Assembly (NCBI GenBank): GCA_964013405.1
Contig: CAXGWI010000011.1
Location: 1-48,738 of the forward strand
Direction of reading: 5' to 3'
DNA: 48,738 nucleotides
Source: an uncultured Myxococcales bacterium
GTDB lineage: Bacteria; Myxococcota; UBA4151
The stretch's first letter is position 1. Every line of letters starts with the position of its first letter. Shown here piece after piece: positions 19,782-29,974 of this stretch. The position numbers and the translations under genes are program-made. The notes below the pieces were generated by a model. The model searched no databases. It was not told where the DNA came from and saw only the letters and a list, made by a program, of their open reading frames with translations.

Positions 19782-21311
19782 ATGCGGGCATTACTGGTAG
19801 ATGGCGACGGTCGCTGTCGCAGTAAATTAGACCAGTGGATCCGGCCCCTCGGGTTCGACCCAGCCACTCAGGCGGAAGACCTTGAAACGGCGTTAAAAGT
19901 CCTAGAGAAGCGGGACTTTGACCTGGTCATTACCGCTTTGGATCTGCCCGGCGGCAGCGGCATGGATGTGCTTCAGGCCAGCCGGTCGAAGCAGATAAAG
20001 ACCCTGGTGATGTCTGGTCACTTTGAGACCAAGATCGTGACGAGCATCCTTCGGGTTAGAGGGAATGAACTCCTTGAAAAACCGCTAGAAAAGGGAGCCT
20101 GCCAGCGGGCGGTTGAACAGTTGTTTGGCGGGGACAGTGCACCCCAGCCCGACGCGGAGAAAAGCGCTCTGCTTGCGCCCGGGGAGCCCCTCATACCGAC
20201 CCGTCTCGCCTCCCTGCCCGCGGGGCCAAATGAGGTGGTCGGGCGTTGTTCCGCGCTTCAGCTGCTGATGGACAGCTTGCTCAAAGTCGCCGAGACCGAC
20301 GCCGAGGTGCTCATTCTGGGAGAGAGTGGGACGGGTAAGGAATTGATCGCAAGGGCGGTGCACGTCTCAAGTCACCGGGCCCATCGACCCTTCGTGGCCG
20401 TCAATGCGGCGGCGGTGCCCGAGACCCTGCTCGAATCGGAACTCTTCGGACATACCCGGGGGGCCTTTACGGGCGCCCAGAGTAAAAGAAAGGGCCTGAT
20501 CGCCGCGGCCGAGGGGGGGACACTCTTTCTCGATGAGATCGGTGAGATGCCGATGGGTCAGCAGGCGAAACTGCTCCGGGTCCTGCAGGAAAAGCGCTTC
20601 ACTCCCGTTGGGAGTGATCAGGATATCGAGGCCGATGTTCGGATTGTTGCAGCGACCAACGCAAACCTGCTGCAACTGGTCGATGACAAGAAGTTCCGCG
20701 TTGATTTGTACTACCGACTCAATGTTTTCCCCCTTCACCTGCCGCCATTACGGGCTCGGGGAGACGATATCCTCTTACTGGCAGACCATTTTGTTGGGCT
20801 TGCGAACGCAAAGCATCGACGGGCGGTGACCGGTATCGATGATGGGCTGCGGGATCTGCTGAGAAGCTACCATTGGCCGGGCAATGTTCGTCAATTGGAG
20901 AACGCAGTTGACCGCTTGGTGATCGAAACTGCTGAAGGCGAACTCACGCTCGACAGCTTACCCGCGGATCTTCGGGCCAGCTTGGAGGCAACTCCGAGTC
21001 CGCCAAAACCAGCCCAAACAGAGGGGGATGCAGAGCGCCTGGTCCGCTTGCTCGGCAAGGTCCTTAGTGATGGCGGAGGCGCCAGTGCGCCCACCCCAGT
21101 CATGCCGATGAGCCTGCAGCATTTCGTGACCCAAGCCCAACTCCCCCCTGAGGGCGTGGAGATCAAACCGCTGCTACAGGGTTTAGAGAATAGACTCATC
21201 GACCAAGCCCTGGAGCGTTGTGGGGACAACCGCAACCAGGCGGCCCAATTGTTAGGCCTGAAACGGACGACTCTGGTTGAGAAACTCCGCAAGAGAGAAA
21301 AGGATCTCTAG
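19782..21311 (+). CDS. Sigma54-dependent activator (receiver-like, AAA+, HTH), FleQ/FlrA-like
   Basis: [43 protein letters not shown] ending [10 protein letters not shown] as in FleQ/FlrA; lies directly upstream of flagellar genes. Confidence 0.9.
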   Translation: MRALLVDGDGRCRSKLDQWIRPLGFDPATQAEDLETALKVLEKRDFDLVITALDLPGGSGMDVLQASRSKQIKTLVMSGHFETKIVTSILRVRGNELLEKPLEKGACQRAVEQLFGGDSAPQPDAEKSALLAPGEPLIPTRLASLPAGPNEVVGRCSALQLLMDSLLKVAETDAEVLILGESGTGKELIARAVHVSSHRAHRPFVAVNAAAVPETLLESELFGHTRGAFTGAQSKRKGLIAAAEGGTLFLDEIGEMPMGQQAKLLRVLQEKRFTPVGSDQDIEADVRIVAATNANLLQLVDDKKFRVDLYYRLNVFPLHLPPLRARGDDILLLADHFVGLANAKHRRAVTGIDDGLRDLLRSYHWPGNVRQLENAVDRLVIETAEGELTLDSLPADLRASLEATPSPPKPAQTEGDAERLVRLLGKVLSDGGGASAPTPVMPMSLQHFVTQAQLPPEGVEIKPLLQGLENRLIDQALERCGDNRNQAAQLLGLKRTTLVEKLRKREKDL

Positions 21312-21338
21312 GCTCAGTCCCCCATGAGCCTGCCAGCT

Positions 21339-21354
21339 TGGCCTGCCTTTTGCT
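21339..21354 (+). promoter_or_regulatory. Sigma54 (-24/-12) promoter of the flagellar operon
   Basis: TGGCCTGCCTTTTGCT: GG at 21340-41 and GC at 21352-53, exactly 10 nt apart, resembling TGGCACG-N4-TTGCW; adjacent to a sigma54 activator gene. Confidence 0.7.
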
Positions 21355-21394
21355 CTGGTTTCGCTTAGCGATATCGACTGCTGCCAGGCTTGCT

Positions 21395-24115
21395 TTGAGA
21401 ACGACCCTTCAACTGCTTCTGCTCTTTGCCTTCGTGGTGCCGAGTACAAGTGCGGCCCAATCGAGGCAGGACTCGTCATTGAGTAAGCTGCTGCGGGGCC
21501 GTAGTGGCCCTCAGGGCGACATGCGGGGCTTTGCCCGAGTTCAACAGTTGTTATTGCCGCCCGCGATTGGCCGCGGGGCTCGAGTTGAGCGTCAGCCACT
21601 GACGAACGCTTTTGACTTGGTCGTTCCGACGGCGGGCTCCGGCATGATCTTTCGTCTCCGTCGTCAGGTTAAAGAGATGGTGAAACGGGTCCAAGAAGTC
21701 CCATCGCCAGGCCGAGGTAAAAGATATCGGTTCCACGTGACTTCCCACAATTTCAGAGTCTGGCTGAAATGGTCCGCCAACCGTCCGGTCTTGTATATCG
21801 GCCAGGAGCGAGGGGGTACCGGCGGGGGCGTCACGGTGCCGCTGATTCCTTACTACGTCGATGTGGAGATCCCCGAGATGCTCATCGGCGAGCCCACCTA
21901 TGTGATTCTGGACCCACGGAATGTGGGGGACTCCGCCTTACGTGTTCCCCTGCCGCCGGAAGCGACCGATGAGGACGTCCAGGCCCGCAACAATCGGGCG
22001 ATTCGCCTCACTCAGGCCGCTCGAAATTTCAACGCCGCCCTTGAGTTCTTCGATCTTGAAAGTATCGAAGCAGCCCAATTGAAGAAGATGCTCACCGACG
22101 CCCGTAATGCCGTGAACGGGTTCTTCGACCACCCCCTAAAGGAGCTCGCAAGCCACCTGCTTTCCGAGATCCTCTATGACGAAGCGAGGCTGACGGATCA
22201 GTGGGGAGCGACCATTAATCTGCTGACCCGAATCACAATGAAAGCGCCTTTGTCCGGTGATGCAGAGCAGCTCTTCCGTTATCAGCGGGCCTTGTATCGT
22301 TTGGGTCGAGCTGAGTCCGAGCGAAACATGGGACAGGACCTTCGAGCTGCGGTCGGTCATTTCAAGCTGGCCGGCCGGACATGGCGAGAAGACCTGGGCA
22401 AGCGGTTACAAGAGCAAATCGATGCCGAGCCCAACGACGAATATCTACGCAGCGTTGGCGAGGCATCGAGAGAACTGGCCGACGCCGCGGAGGTCGCGGA
22501 ACTTGAGACCCAGGTTCGCCTTGGTGAGGGGGCGGACACCGAGGCCAACCAGCGGGACTTCATGACTCGAGAAGGTGCCCTCATGAACACGGCCAGATAC
22601 CGACTCGGTAGCATGCTCTACGCCGATCATGTCTACAGCATGGCGGCACCCATGCTCACCAAAGCGTACAAGGAGAACCCGGATAGAGCCCTTGAACAGC
22701 CGGCCATGGGCATTCTTGTTGCGGAGTCCCTCCGGATTCTCGGTCAGGAGGCCGAGGCGGATAAGCTGCTCGGTCATCACCTCAAAATTTATCGCCAAGC
22801 CAAAAAGGAGGCTGCTGAAGCGAAGACCAGGCTGATTCTAGATCCCGCGGAGTCGAATGCGACCGCCTTGGCGATGCTGCGGCGTGGGGACTTTGCCTAC
22901 AACCGGGGTGATGCAGACACGGCCCTGCGATTTTTTAGGGAAGCCCTTCGGGATTTTCCCAAGCTTGAGGCCGGAAGACTGGCTCGAGTTCGCACCCTTG
23001 AGGTGACCGGTGAGTCGGTTCAGGGAGAGGCCTTTCCACTGGAAGCCTATCGAACACTCCAGCGCCGCCTGAGTCGTTCGAGCGAGGCTGCTGCGGAAGA
23101 ATCGATGTACCGGGAGGCCCGAGCCCGGTTTCTCAGGGGAGAGTATCGGGAGGCCTACGAACGCCTTCTCTTCTTGGAGGAGGAGTTCCCTGAAACCTTC
23201 ATGCTCAAGCACGATCTCGGTCTGATTCATCGGGCTCGTCTCGCGCTGATGGAGGACTTGTGGTCCGCTGGACGTCACCCGGAAATTATCGAGAACTTCG
23301 TGCTGGCTGACGAGCGACTCGACACCAGTCCCGGAGGCATGGAGACCCTCCTTGTTGCGGGCAAGTCCATGAACATGGTGGGCATGCACCGAGATGCGGT
23401 GAAGGTGTTGCAGCGTGCACTGCAAACCTCGACAGCCAAACAGCAGCCAGATGATGAAGAGGAGATCATGGTTGCGCTGGCGAAAGCCTATCTCGGTCGG
23501 CGGGACTTTTTCCGCGCCGCCGAAGTCCTAGAATACCATTTAGCGACCTATCCTAAGGGGAAACAGATTGCGAACCTTTGGGTGGTCCGGGGGGAAGTTG
23601 AGGAAGCCCGCAAGCGGCCAGATCGGGCCATCGAGGCCTACCGCACGGCCATCAGTAAGACGAAGCAGCCGCTCTACAATGCGAGACTCTACCAGCGGAT
23701 AGGACGACTTGAGGCCATGCGAGATGCGCCCGCGAGCGCCGCAGTCGCCTTCAATCGGGCGATCGAAAACTTCCAGGCGGTGGAGTCGGAAGGTGAGTCC
23801 GAAGCGCTGGTCGATGTCCGATTTGAACTGGGCGATGCCTACTACCGACTTCGGAACTGGCGCCTTGCGGCCCAAGCCTATGACCAGGCTCGCTTGCAGG
23901 GGGACAAGAAGGACCCTCGCAATGCCATGGCCGGTTATCGAATCGCAGAAGTTCGAGCGATCTTGGGCGACTTGGCAGGAGCTTTGCAAGAGTGGAAATC
24001 GTTGGCCTCCGCTGACGATGGACTTTGGAACAAGCTCTCTGCAGCGGCCGCCGAAGACCTGACTTGGAGGTTGCGACACGACGCGCTGTTGAACAACCAG
24101 GGAGGGCTGCAATGA
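21395..24115 (+). CDS. Large exported TPR-repeat protein heading the flagellar operon
   Basis: In-frame TTG 21395 gives a signal peptide (MRTTLQLLLLFAFVVPSTSAAQ) and lies downstream of the sigma54 promoter; many TPR-like helices (ARYRLGSMLY, FELGDAYYRLRNWRLAAQAY); stop overlaps flgB start. Confidence 0.8.
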   Translation: MRTTLQLLLLFAFVVPSTSAAQSRQDSSLSKLLRGRSGPQGDMRGFARVQQLLLPPAIGRGARVERQPLTNAFDLVVPTAGSGMIFRLRRQVKEMVKRVQEVPSPGRGKRYRFHVTSHNFRVWLKWSANRPVLYIGQERGGTGGGVTVPLIPYYVDVEIPEMLIGEPTYVILDPRNVGDSALRVPLPPEATDEDVQARNNRAIRLTQAARNFNAALEFFDLESIEAAQLKKMLTDARNAVNGFFDHPLKELASHLLSEILYDEARLTDQWGATINLLTRITMKAPLSGDAEQLFRYQRALYRLGRAESERNMGQDLRAAVGHFKLAGRTWREDLGKRLQEQIDAEPNDEYLRSVGEASRELADAAEVAELETQVRLGEGADTEANQRDFMTREGALMNTARYRLGSMLYADHVYSMAAPMLTKAYKENPDRALEQPAMGILVAESLRILGQEAEADKLLGHHLKIYRQAKKEAAEAKTRLILDPAESNATALAMLRRGDFAYNRGDADTALRFFREALRDFPKLEAGRLARVRTLEVTGESVQGEAFPLEAYRTLQRRLSRSSEAAAEESMYREARARFLRGEYREAYERLLFLEEEFPETFMLKHDLGLIHRARLALMEDLWSAGRHPEIIENFVLADERLDTSPGGMETLLVAGKSMNMVGMHRDAVKVLQRALQTSTAKQQPDDEEEIMVALAKAYLGRRDFFRAAEVLEYHLATYPKGKQIANLWVVRGEVEEARKRPDRAIEAYRTAISKTKQPLYNARLYQRIGRLEAMRDAPASAAVAFNRAIENFQAVESEGESEALVDVRFELGDAYYRLRNWRLAAQAYDQARLQGDKKDPRNAMAGYRIAEVRAILGDLAGALQEWKSLASADDGLWNKLSAAAAEDLTWRLRHDALLNNQGGLQ

Positions 24116-24507
24116 CAAAAATCGAGGATCTGACCCATCGAGCGCTCGGGTTCTACGTTGAGCGAGCCAATGTATTGATCGCCAATATGGGCAATCGAGA
24201 CACCCCTGGCTACACCCCGGTCGACCTGAAGTTTCACCAAACCCTTCGGGATATGATCAACGGCGTCCCGCCCCGTGAAGATTTGCGCTTACCCGACGCC
24301 GGCACCGGCGTCCTTTCCGGCGAGCAGGGCATGGGTGGCGAGTTGGTTTTCGATCCGGGCAGCCTGCCGGGGGAGAATGGTAACTCGGTCGATTTAGATC
24401 GAGAAGTCGCCAAGATGACGCAGAACAACCTGGCCTATCAGGCGGCGGTGAAGGTTTTGAAGAAGAAACACGGCATGCTCTCGTATGCCATCTCTGGAGG
24501 TCGCTGA
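24112..24507 (+). CDS. flgB: Flagellar rod protein FlgB
   Basis: ATG 24112 overlaps upstream TGA; ANMGNRDTPGYTPVDL and GNSVDLDREVAKMTQNNLAYQA. Confidence 0.93.
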   Translation: MTKIEDLTHRALGFYVERANVLIANMGNRDTPGYTPVDLKFHQTLRDMINGVPPREDLRLPDAGTGVLSGEQGMGGELVFDPGSLPGENGNSVDLDREVAKMTQNNLAYQAAVKVLKKKHGMLSYAISGGR

Positions 24508-24944
24508 TGAATCTGGATACAGCACTTCGAATTAATGCATCGGCCATGTCGGCAGCTCGGACTCGTATCAACGTCGCCAGCTCCAACCTGGCCAACGCAG
24601 AAACGACCCGTACGGACGACGGAGGCCCCTTCCGTCGCCGGATGGTGATCCAAAAGGCCGAAGTCCTCAAAGATGAGGCCGGCTATCCGATCGGCCGCCA
24701 CGAGGGCATGTCGATCCGCGAGCCGGTCGCGACGGGGATCGCCTTTGATAACAGTCCGCCCCGTTTGGTCTTCGATCCGAGCCACCCTGATGCCAACGAG
24801 GATGGCTACGTTTCCATGCCGAACGTGCAGGTTGTGGAAGAAATGGTGGATATGATCTCGGCCAGCACCGCCTACCGAGCGGCCGCAAACGCGGTGATGA
24901 CCGTCAAGACCATGGCACAGCGTGCCCTCGACTTGGCCACTTAG
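24507..24944 (+). CDS. flgC: Flagellar rod protein FlgC
   Basis: INASAMSAARTRINVASSNLANAETTRT, FDPSHPDANEDGYVSMPNV, EMVDMISASTAY. Confidence 0.96.
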   Translation: MNLDTALRINASAMSAARTRINVASSNLANAETTRTDDGGPFRRRMVIQKAEVLKDEAGYPIGRHEGMSIREPVATGIAFDNSPPRLVFDPSHPDANEDGYVSMPNVQVVEEMVDMISASTAYRAAANAVMTVKTMAQRALDLAT

Positions 24945-24957
24945 GAGGGAATGAGCA

Positions 24958-25245
24958 ATGCGTATTGAAGGTGTTGAAGTTCAACGAGTCCAAGCCCTTG
25001 AGGGGCGTCTCAGGCCCGAAAATGGACCGGCGAGTTTCGCCGAGATGTTGAGTGAAAAGTTGGCGGCCGCCAACGGGAAGGTCCAAGCGGCCGATGCGGA
25101 AGCCACGAAGTTATTGATGGGCAATGGCACCGTCCATGAGACCATGATTGCCTTGGAACGAGCTGACCTGACCTTAAGGATGGTCAGCAAAGTAAGGAAC
25201 AAGGTCATCGATGCTTACCAAAACCTGAGCCGGATGCAGATCTGA
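24958..25245 (+). CDS. fliE: Flagellar hook-basal body protein FliE
   Basis: SFAEML...VHETMIALERADLTLRMVSKVRNKVIDAYQNLSRMQI; position after flgC. Confidence 0.94.
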   Translation: MRIEGVEVQRVQALEGRLRPENGPASFAEMLSEKLAAANGKVQAADAEATKLLMGNGTVHETMIALERADLTLRMVSKVRNKVIDAYQNLSRMQI

Positions 25246-25259
25246 GGATTTAGGACCGC

Positions 25260-26867
25260 ATGGACGCATTAAGGGATTACCTGGCCCAGCTTCGCCGTAT
25301 TTGGGACGAGATGAACGGACGGCAGCGCTTTGCGCTGCTGGGTCTTGTTTTTCTCTGCGTGGGCGGCTTTGCATTCATCGTTTTCGGACAAGCACCGGAT
25401 CGAATGAATGTACTCTTCTCCGAACTCGAGCCCCGGGATGCCCAGGAGATTACGAAGTTCCTCGACAACCGCAAAGAGCCCTACGAACTCACGGACGGCG
25501 GGCGTACGGTTCGGGTGCTTCCTCCCCGAGTGGACCAACTTCGCCTCGAATTAGTCAGCGAAGGCCTGCCGAAGGGGAGTGGTGTTGGCTTCGAAGTCTT
25601 CGATGAGTCGAACACGATGGGGATGAGCGAGTTCGTTCAAAATATGCAGTTTAGGCGAGCTCTTGAAGGTGAACTTGCCCGGACGATCGCAAGTATTGAG
25701 GAGGTGATCTCCGCGCGGGTCCATTTGGTGATGCCCAAGAGGCGACTCTTCAAGGAGGAGGAGGAGCGCCCCTCTGCCTCTGTTGTTTTGCGGCTCTCCA
25801 ATGCCGCCACCCTGAACCAGCGAAACGTGAAAGGGATCGCCCGACTCATCGCCAGTGCGGTGGAGGGACTTTCCCCCATGGATGTCACCATTCTCGATTC
25901 GGCCGGAACGGTCCTTAAGCGGGCCCGAGACGATGAAGAGGTGGGCATGATCGACGGCTACCACGACTTAGTCCGTCAGTATGAGACCAACCTCGAACGG
26001 GATTTGGTCCGCCTGGTGGAGCCCGTCGTCGGCCACGACAATGTGCGCATCGAGGTTGCGGCAAGCTTTGATTTCTCAGCGGTGACTCGACACAAGGACG
26101 CTTACGACCCCGAAAAGCAGGTCGCTCGCAGTGAAGAGCGAGTCCAAGAAAAGCGAGAGATCGAAGGCGCCGGTAAAGATGCCCCTGGTGGGGCTGCGGG
26201 CCAGGCCGGAAATGCGCCTGGCGCCCAGGGACAGGTTGCCGCCGCCGGGGGGGCCTCTTCCACCGATCGTCAAACGGAGCGGATCAACTATGAGATCGAC
26301 AAGGTTCGGGAGGTCACCCGCCAACGGGGAGCCACCCTGACCCGGCTCTCCTTAGCGGTCCTTGTTAACGGGAAGACCACACCGATTCCCGGTGGGGCGC
26401 CCAAGTATGAGGCTCGAACCCCCGATGAACTCAAGCAGATCCAAGCACTGGTCTCCCGGGCTGCTGGTATTGACGAAAAGCGGGGAGATACCCTTGAAGT
26501 CGTCAATCTTCCCTTCACCCAGTTGGTGGAGATGAACACCGAAGGGGCTGGTATGGGCATGACCGGCATGGGACCGATCATTCAGGCTGTCGCTGCCGTT
26601 GTCATCGCCCTTCTCGTCGTGTTCCTGGTGGCTCGCCCCCTGCTCAGCCAACTCAAAGAGATTTCGCCAGAGTTGGTGGAGGCAGCCGCTCTGCCTGGCA
26701 GCGTTGAGGATGTGGCTCAAGCCCTCGAAGAGGCGGAGCGAGACGCTCGCAGTCGGAAGTTGATGGAGCAAAGACAAGCCTTGATCGAGTTGGCTCAAGA
26801 CGACCCTCAAAGGGCCGCGGATATCATTAGGTCTTGGTTAGGCGACGAGGTCCATAGCGATGCCTGA
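25260..26867 (+). CDS. fliF: Flagellar MS-ring protein FliF
   Basis: Two TM segments; GVGFEVFD, RALEGELARTI, SARVHLVMPK, PSASVVL, NYEIDK, RLSLAVLVNG; C-terminal IIRSWL. Confidence 0.96.
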   Translation: MDALRDYLAQLRRIWDEMNGRQRFALLGLVFLCVGGFAFIVFGQAPDRMNVLFSELEPRDAQEITKFLDNRKEPYELTDGGRTVRVLPPRVDQLRLELVSEGLPKGSGVGFEVFDESNTMGMSEFVQNMQFRRALEGELARTIASIEEVISARVHLVMPKRRLFKEEEERPSASVVLRLSNAATLNQRNVKGIARLIASAVEGLSPMDVTILDSAGTVLKRARDDEEVGMIDGYHDLVRQYETNLERDLVRLVEPVVGHDNVRIEVAASFDFSAVTRHKDAYDPEKQVARSEERVQEKREIEGAGKDAPGGAAGQAGNAPGAQGQVAAAGGASSTDRQTERINYEIDKVREVTRQRGATLTRLSLAVLVNGKTTPIPGGAPKYEARTPDELKQIQALVSRAAGIDEKRGDTLEVVNLPFTQLVEMNTEGAGMGMTGMGPIIQAVAAVVIALLVVFLVARPLLSQLKEISPELVEAAALPGSVEDVAQALEEAERDARSRKLMEQRQALIELAQDDPQRAADIIRSWLGDEVHSDA

Positions 26868-27837
26868 GGATGAACCAAAAGGCGCACAAAAAGCGGCGAT
26901 CCTGCTCCTGGCGATGGGGGAGGAGGCGGCCGTCAACGTCCTCGGTCAACTCAAAGAAGGCGAGGTCTCTCGAATCGGTCTTGCCGCCAGCACCTTAGGG
27001 GACTTGCCACCGGACACGGCCGAGACCGTTCTCGATGAGTTTAGTGAGCTGGTTTCCAATGAGCTGACGATGAAGGATTCGAACGATTACGTGTATCGGC
27101 TGAGCGTTCGGGCCTTTGGCGAGGAAAAAGCAGTTCGCCTGCTCCGGGAGCCCGATCTCCAGGCCGTCTTTCGGGAGCGGCTCGCCCGTACCGATCCCGT
27201 CGCGCTCGCGGGCATTCTCAGCAAGGAGCAACCCCAGACCGTGGCCACGGTGCTCAACACCGTGGGGATCGAGAAGGCGGGGCACGTTTTGGTCCATTTG
27301 GAACGGGATACCCGTCAGAATATTATTCTGAGAATGGCCACGCTGGATCAGGTCAGCCCCGAGGTCCTTAGCGAGATCTATGGGGTGCTCAGCGAGGAGT
27401 TGGGCGACTACGCTGCAAGTCAGATGGACGGCAAAGAGTACGTTGCCAATGTGTTGATCAACATGGGCAAGGACGATCGCGATGAGTTGTTAGCCGCCAT
27501 CTCCGATGCCGATGTGGAGTTGGGCGAGGAGATCCGCAAGCAGATGTTCACCTTCGAGGATCTCTTGAAGATGAGCCCAAGGGATATGCAACGCTTGAAC
27601 CGGGATGTGGACAACCAAACGCTCATGCTCTCGCTCAAGACATCAACGGAGCAGATGCGCCAGCACTGGTACAAGGGAATGTCCCAGCGGGCCGCGGCCA
27701 TGATGCAGGAAGAGCTAGAGAATATGGGTCCGGCTCGCCTCAAGGATGTTGAGGAGGCCCAAGGCAAAATCGTCAACATCGCCATGAGCTTAGGCGAGAG
27801 TGGTGAGATCGACCTGGGTGGTGAGGAAATGGTCTAG
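26860..27837 (+). CDS. fliG: Flagellar motor switch protein FliG
   Basis: QKAAILLLAMGEE, EQPQTVA (EHPQ-like), MFTFEDL, charged torque region MSQRAAAMMQEELENMGPARLKDVEEAQ. Confidence 0.96.
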   Translation: MPEDEPKGAQKAAILLLAMGEEAAVNVLGQLKEGEVSRIGLAASTLGDLPPDTAETVLDEFSELVSNELTMKDSNDYVYRLSVRAFGEEKAVRLLREPDLQAVFRERLARTDPVALAGILSKEQPQTVATVLNTVGIEKAGHVLVHLERDTRQNIILRMATLDQVSPEVLSEIYGVLSEELGDYAASQMDGKEYVANVLINMGKDDRDELLAAISDADVELGEEIRKQMFTFEDLLKMSPRDMQRLNRDVDNQTLMLSLKTSTEQMRQHWYKGMSQRAAAMMQEELENMGPARLKDVEEAQGKIVNIAMSLGESGEIDLGGEEMV

Positions 27838-27839
27838 CC

Positions 27840-28652
27840 ATGGACTACGAGCGCCGAGGCGGGATCCTCGAGGAAGGCGAGATAAAAACCGTCGAGGGAA
27901 CGCTGTTCTCGGAGGCGGTTGAGGGCTCGGGCCAGGTGTCTGCCGTGCAATTTGACCGGGTGGAAACCGGCCTCGAAGGCCGGGTGCCCACCGAGTCTCC
28001 CCTGCTGATTCGCCCGGAATCCTTTGAAGCTCAATTGACCGGTCGAACCGAGCGCCTCGATGCACGAGAAGAGGAGCAACAAGCCCGCAATCAAGCCCTA
28101 GACACTCGGGAGGAGGAACTCGCGGCCCAGGCCGAAGCCCTGGCCGAGCGGGAAAAGGAGATTGAGGCCTTGGTCCTTCAGGCTGTGGAGGAACAGGTTG
28201 AAAGGCGAGCCAGCGAGGTCTTGGAGTCAGAGCGTGCTCGTCTGGTCTCTACCATCACCCAATTAGATGCGATCGTTGCTGGCCTGATGGACCAAGCTCG
28301 AGTCGATCTGCTGGAACTTTCCGTGAAGATTGCCGAGCGGATCCTAGGAGCCGAACTCAAAACCCGGCCCCAGTTGTTGGTCGGCCTCATCCGCAGTGCC
28401 CTCGAGGCGGCTCAACTCTCCGGCTCGATCACATTGGTTTTGAGCCAGAAGGATTATGAGTTGCTGCGCAGTAAGGGGCCTCAGGTTCTTGGTAAGTTGC
28501 CCGCGGGGCTCAAGCTGCAGCTTCGAGCGGACCCAGAGCTACAACGGGGAGACCTCGTCATCGAAAGTGCGGCCGGACGTCTCGATGCCACATTGAGCGC
28601 TCGGCTTCAGCGGGTGGGGGCAAGCCTCTCGGAACTGACGGGTGAGCCATGA
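27840..28652 (+). CDS. fliH: Flagellar export protein FliH
   Basis: Between fliG and fliI; coiled-coil N-half; C-terminal LRADPELQRGDLVIESAAGRLDATLSARL. Confidence 0.85.
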   Translation: MDYERRGGILEEGEIKTVEGTLFSEAVEGSGQVSAVQFDRVETGLEGRVPTESPLLIRPESFEAQLTGRTERLDAREEEQQARNQALDTREEELAAQAEALAEREKEIEALVLQAVEEQVERRASEVLESERARLVSTITQLDAIVAGLMDQARVDLLELSVKIAERILGAELKTRPQLLVGLIRSALEAAQLSGSITLVLSQKDYELLRSKGPQVLGKLPAGLKLQLRADPELQRGDLVIESAAGRLDATLSARLQRVGASLSELTGEP

Positions 28653-29974
28653 TCCCTCGCCTCTTCAACTTGGACCAACTGGATCGAGTGCTCGCAAACA
28701 GCGAGCCCGTGCCACGCTGTGGTCAGGTGGAAACCTTAAAGGGCCTATTGGCGGTGGCCCATCTGCCCGGCGCAGCGGTTGGCCAGCAGGTCCTTCTCGG
28801 GTCATCGGATGAGCCCATGACGGGAGAGGTCGTTGGCTTTGAGAATGACCGTTGCCTGGTGATGCCATACAGCTACCCCGAGGGTCTTCGGGCCGGTGAC
28901 CGAGTGGAGATTCGGCCTCTAGGCCACCGGGTGGGGGTTGGGCCTGGATTTATCGGTCGGAGCGTCGATGCCTTTGGCCAGCCCATCGATGGCGGGCCAC
29001 CCATCCTCGCAGCTCGGCAGCGAAGCCTAAGAGGGCGTGCCCCCAACCCCCTTCAGCGCAATCGTATTACCGCCCCAATCTCCGTTGGAATTCGGGCCAT
29101 CGATAGCTTGATCACCCTTGGTAAGGGGCAGCGGGTGGGCATTTTTGCGGGCAGTGGTGTGGGTAAATCGACCCTGATGGGCATGATGGCACGCAATGCC
29201 GAATGCGACGTGGTGGTCATCGGCTTGGTGGGCGAGCGCGGTCGAGAGGTGCGGAGTTTTATCGAAGAGGACCTTGGTCCAGAGGGGCGGGCCCGCAGCG
29301 CCTTGGTCGTGGCCACTGGAGACCGCTCCCCCCTCGAGCGCATCCGGGCTGCGGAGCTCGCGGTGACCCTGGCCGAGGATCTCCGGGACAATGGTCAAAA
29401 TGTCCTCTTCTTGATGGATTCGGTCACCCGTTACGCCCACGCCCGTCGGGAACTCGGACTCGCGGCAGGGGAGCTGCCGGCCACCCGGGGTTATCCCCCC
29501 AGCGTGTTCACCGCATTGCCCGGGCTGCTAGAGCGTCTAGGCAACAGCGATTCGAGTGGTTCGCTGACGGCTCTCATCACGGTCTTGGTTGAGGGCGATG
29601 ATCTGGATGAGCCTGTGTCCGACACGGTTCGAGGCGTTCTCGATGGTCACATCGTGCTGAGTCGGGCTCTTGCCGAAGAGGGGCATTGGCCGGCCATCGA
29701 CGTGGGTGCCTCCCTGAGTCGTCTTGCTCGGAGTGTGCGGACACCGGAGCAGCAAAGAGCCGCGGACACCTTTCGCCAAGTCCAGGCGAGGTACCAGGTG
29801 ACCGCAGACCTCGTCCGTTTAGGAGCCTATGCACGGGGCTCAGACCCTCAGGTTGACTTCTATTTGGATAACGAAGCCGCTTTTCGGGCCTTTCTGCAGC
29901 AGGGGGTTACGGAAGATCAGAGTTATGCGGAAACCCTTAGTCACCTCCAGCAATTGGTGTCGGAGGCCCCATGA
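28649..29974 (+). CDS. fliI: Flagellar export ATPase FliI
   Basis: GQRVGIFAGSGVGKSTL, GLVGERGREV, MDSVTRYA, TRGYPPSVF, EGDDLDEP, LDGHIVLSR. Confidence 0.96.
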   Translation: MIPRLFNLDQLDRVLANSEPVPRCGQVETLKGLLAVAHLPGAAVGQQVLLGSSDEPMTGEVVGFENDRCLVMPYSYPEGLRAGDRVEIRPLGHRVGVGPGFIGRSVDAFGQPIDGGPPILAARQRSLRGRAPNPLQRNRITAPISVGIRAIDSLITLGKGQRVGIFAGSGVGKSTLMGMMARNAECDVVVIGLVGERGREVRSFIEEDLGPEGRARSALVVATGDRSPLERIRAAELAVTLAEDLRDNGQNVLFLMDSVTRYAHARRELGLAAGELPATRGYPPSVFTALPGLLERLGNSDSSGSLTALITVLVEGDDLDEPVSDTVRGVLDGHIVLSRALAEEGHWPAIDVGASLSRLARSVRTPEQQRAADTFRQVQARYQVTADLVRLGAYARGSDPQVDFYLDNEAAFRAFLQQGVTEDQSYAETLSHLQQLVSEAP

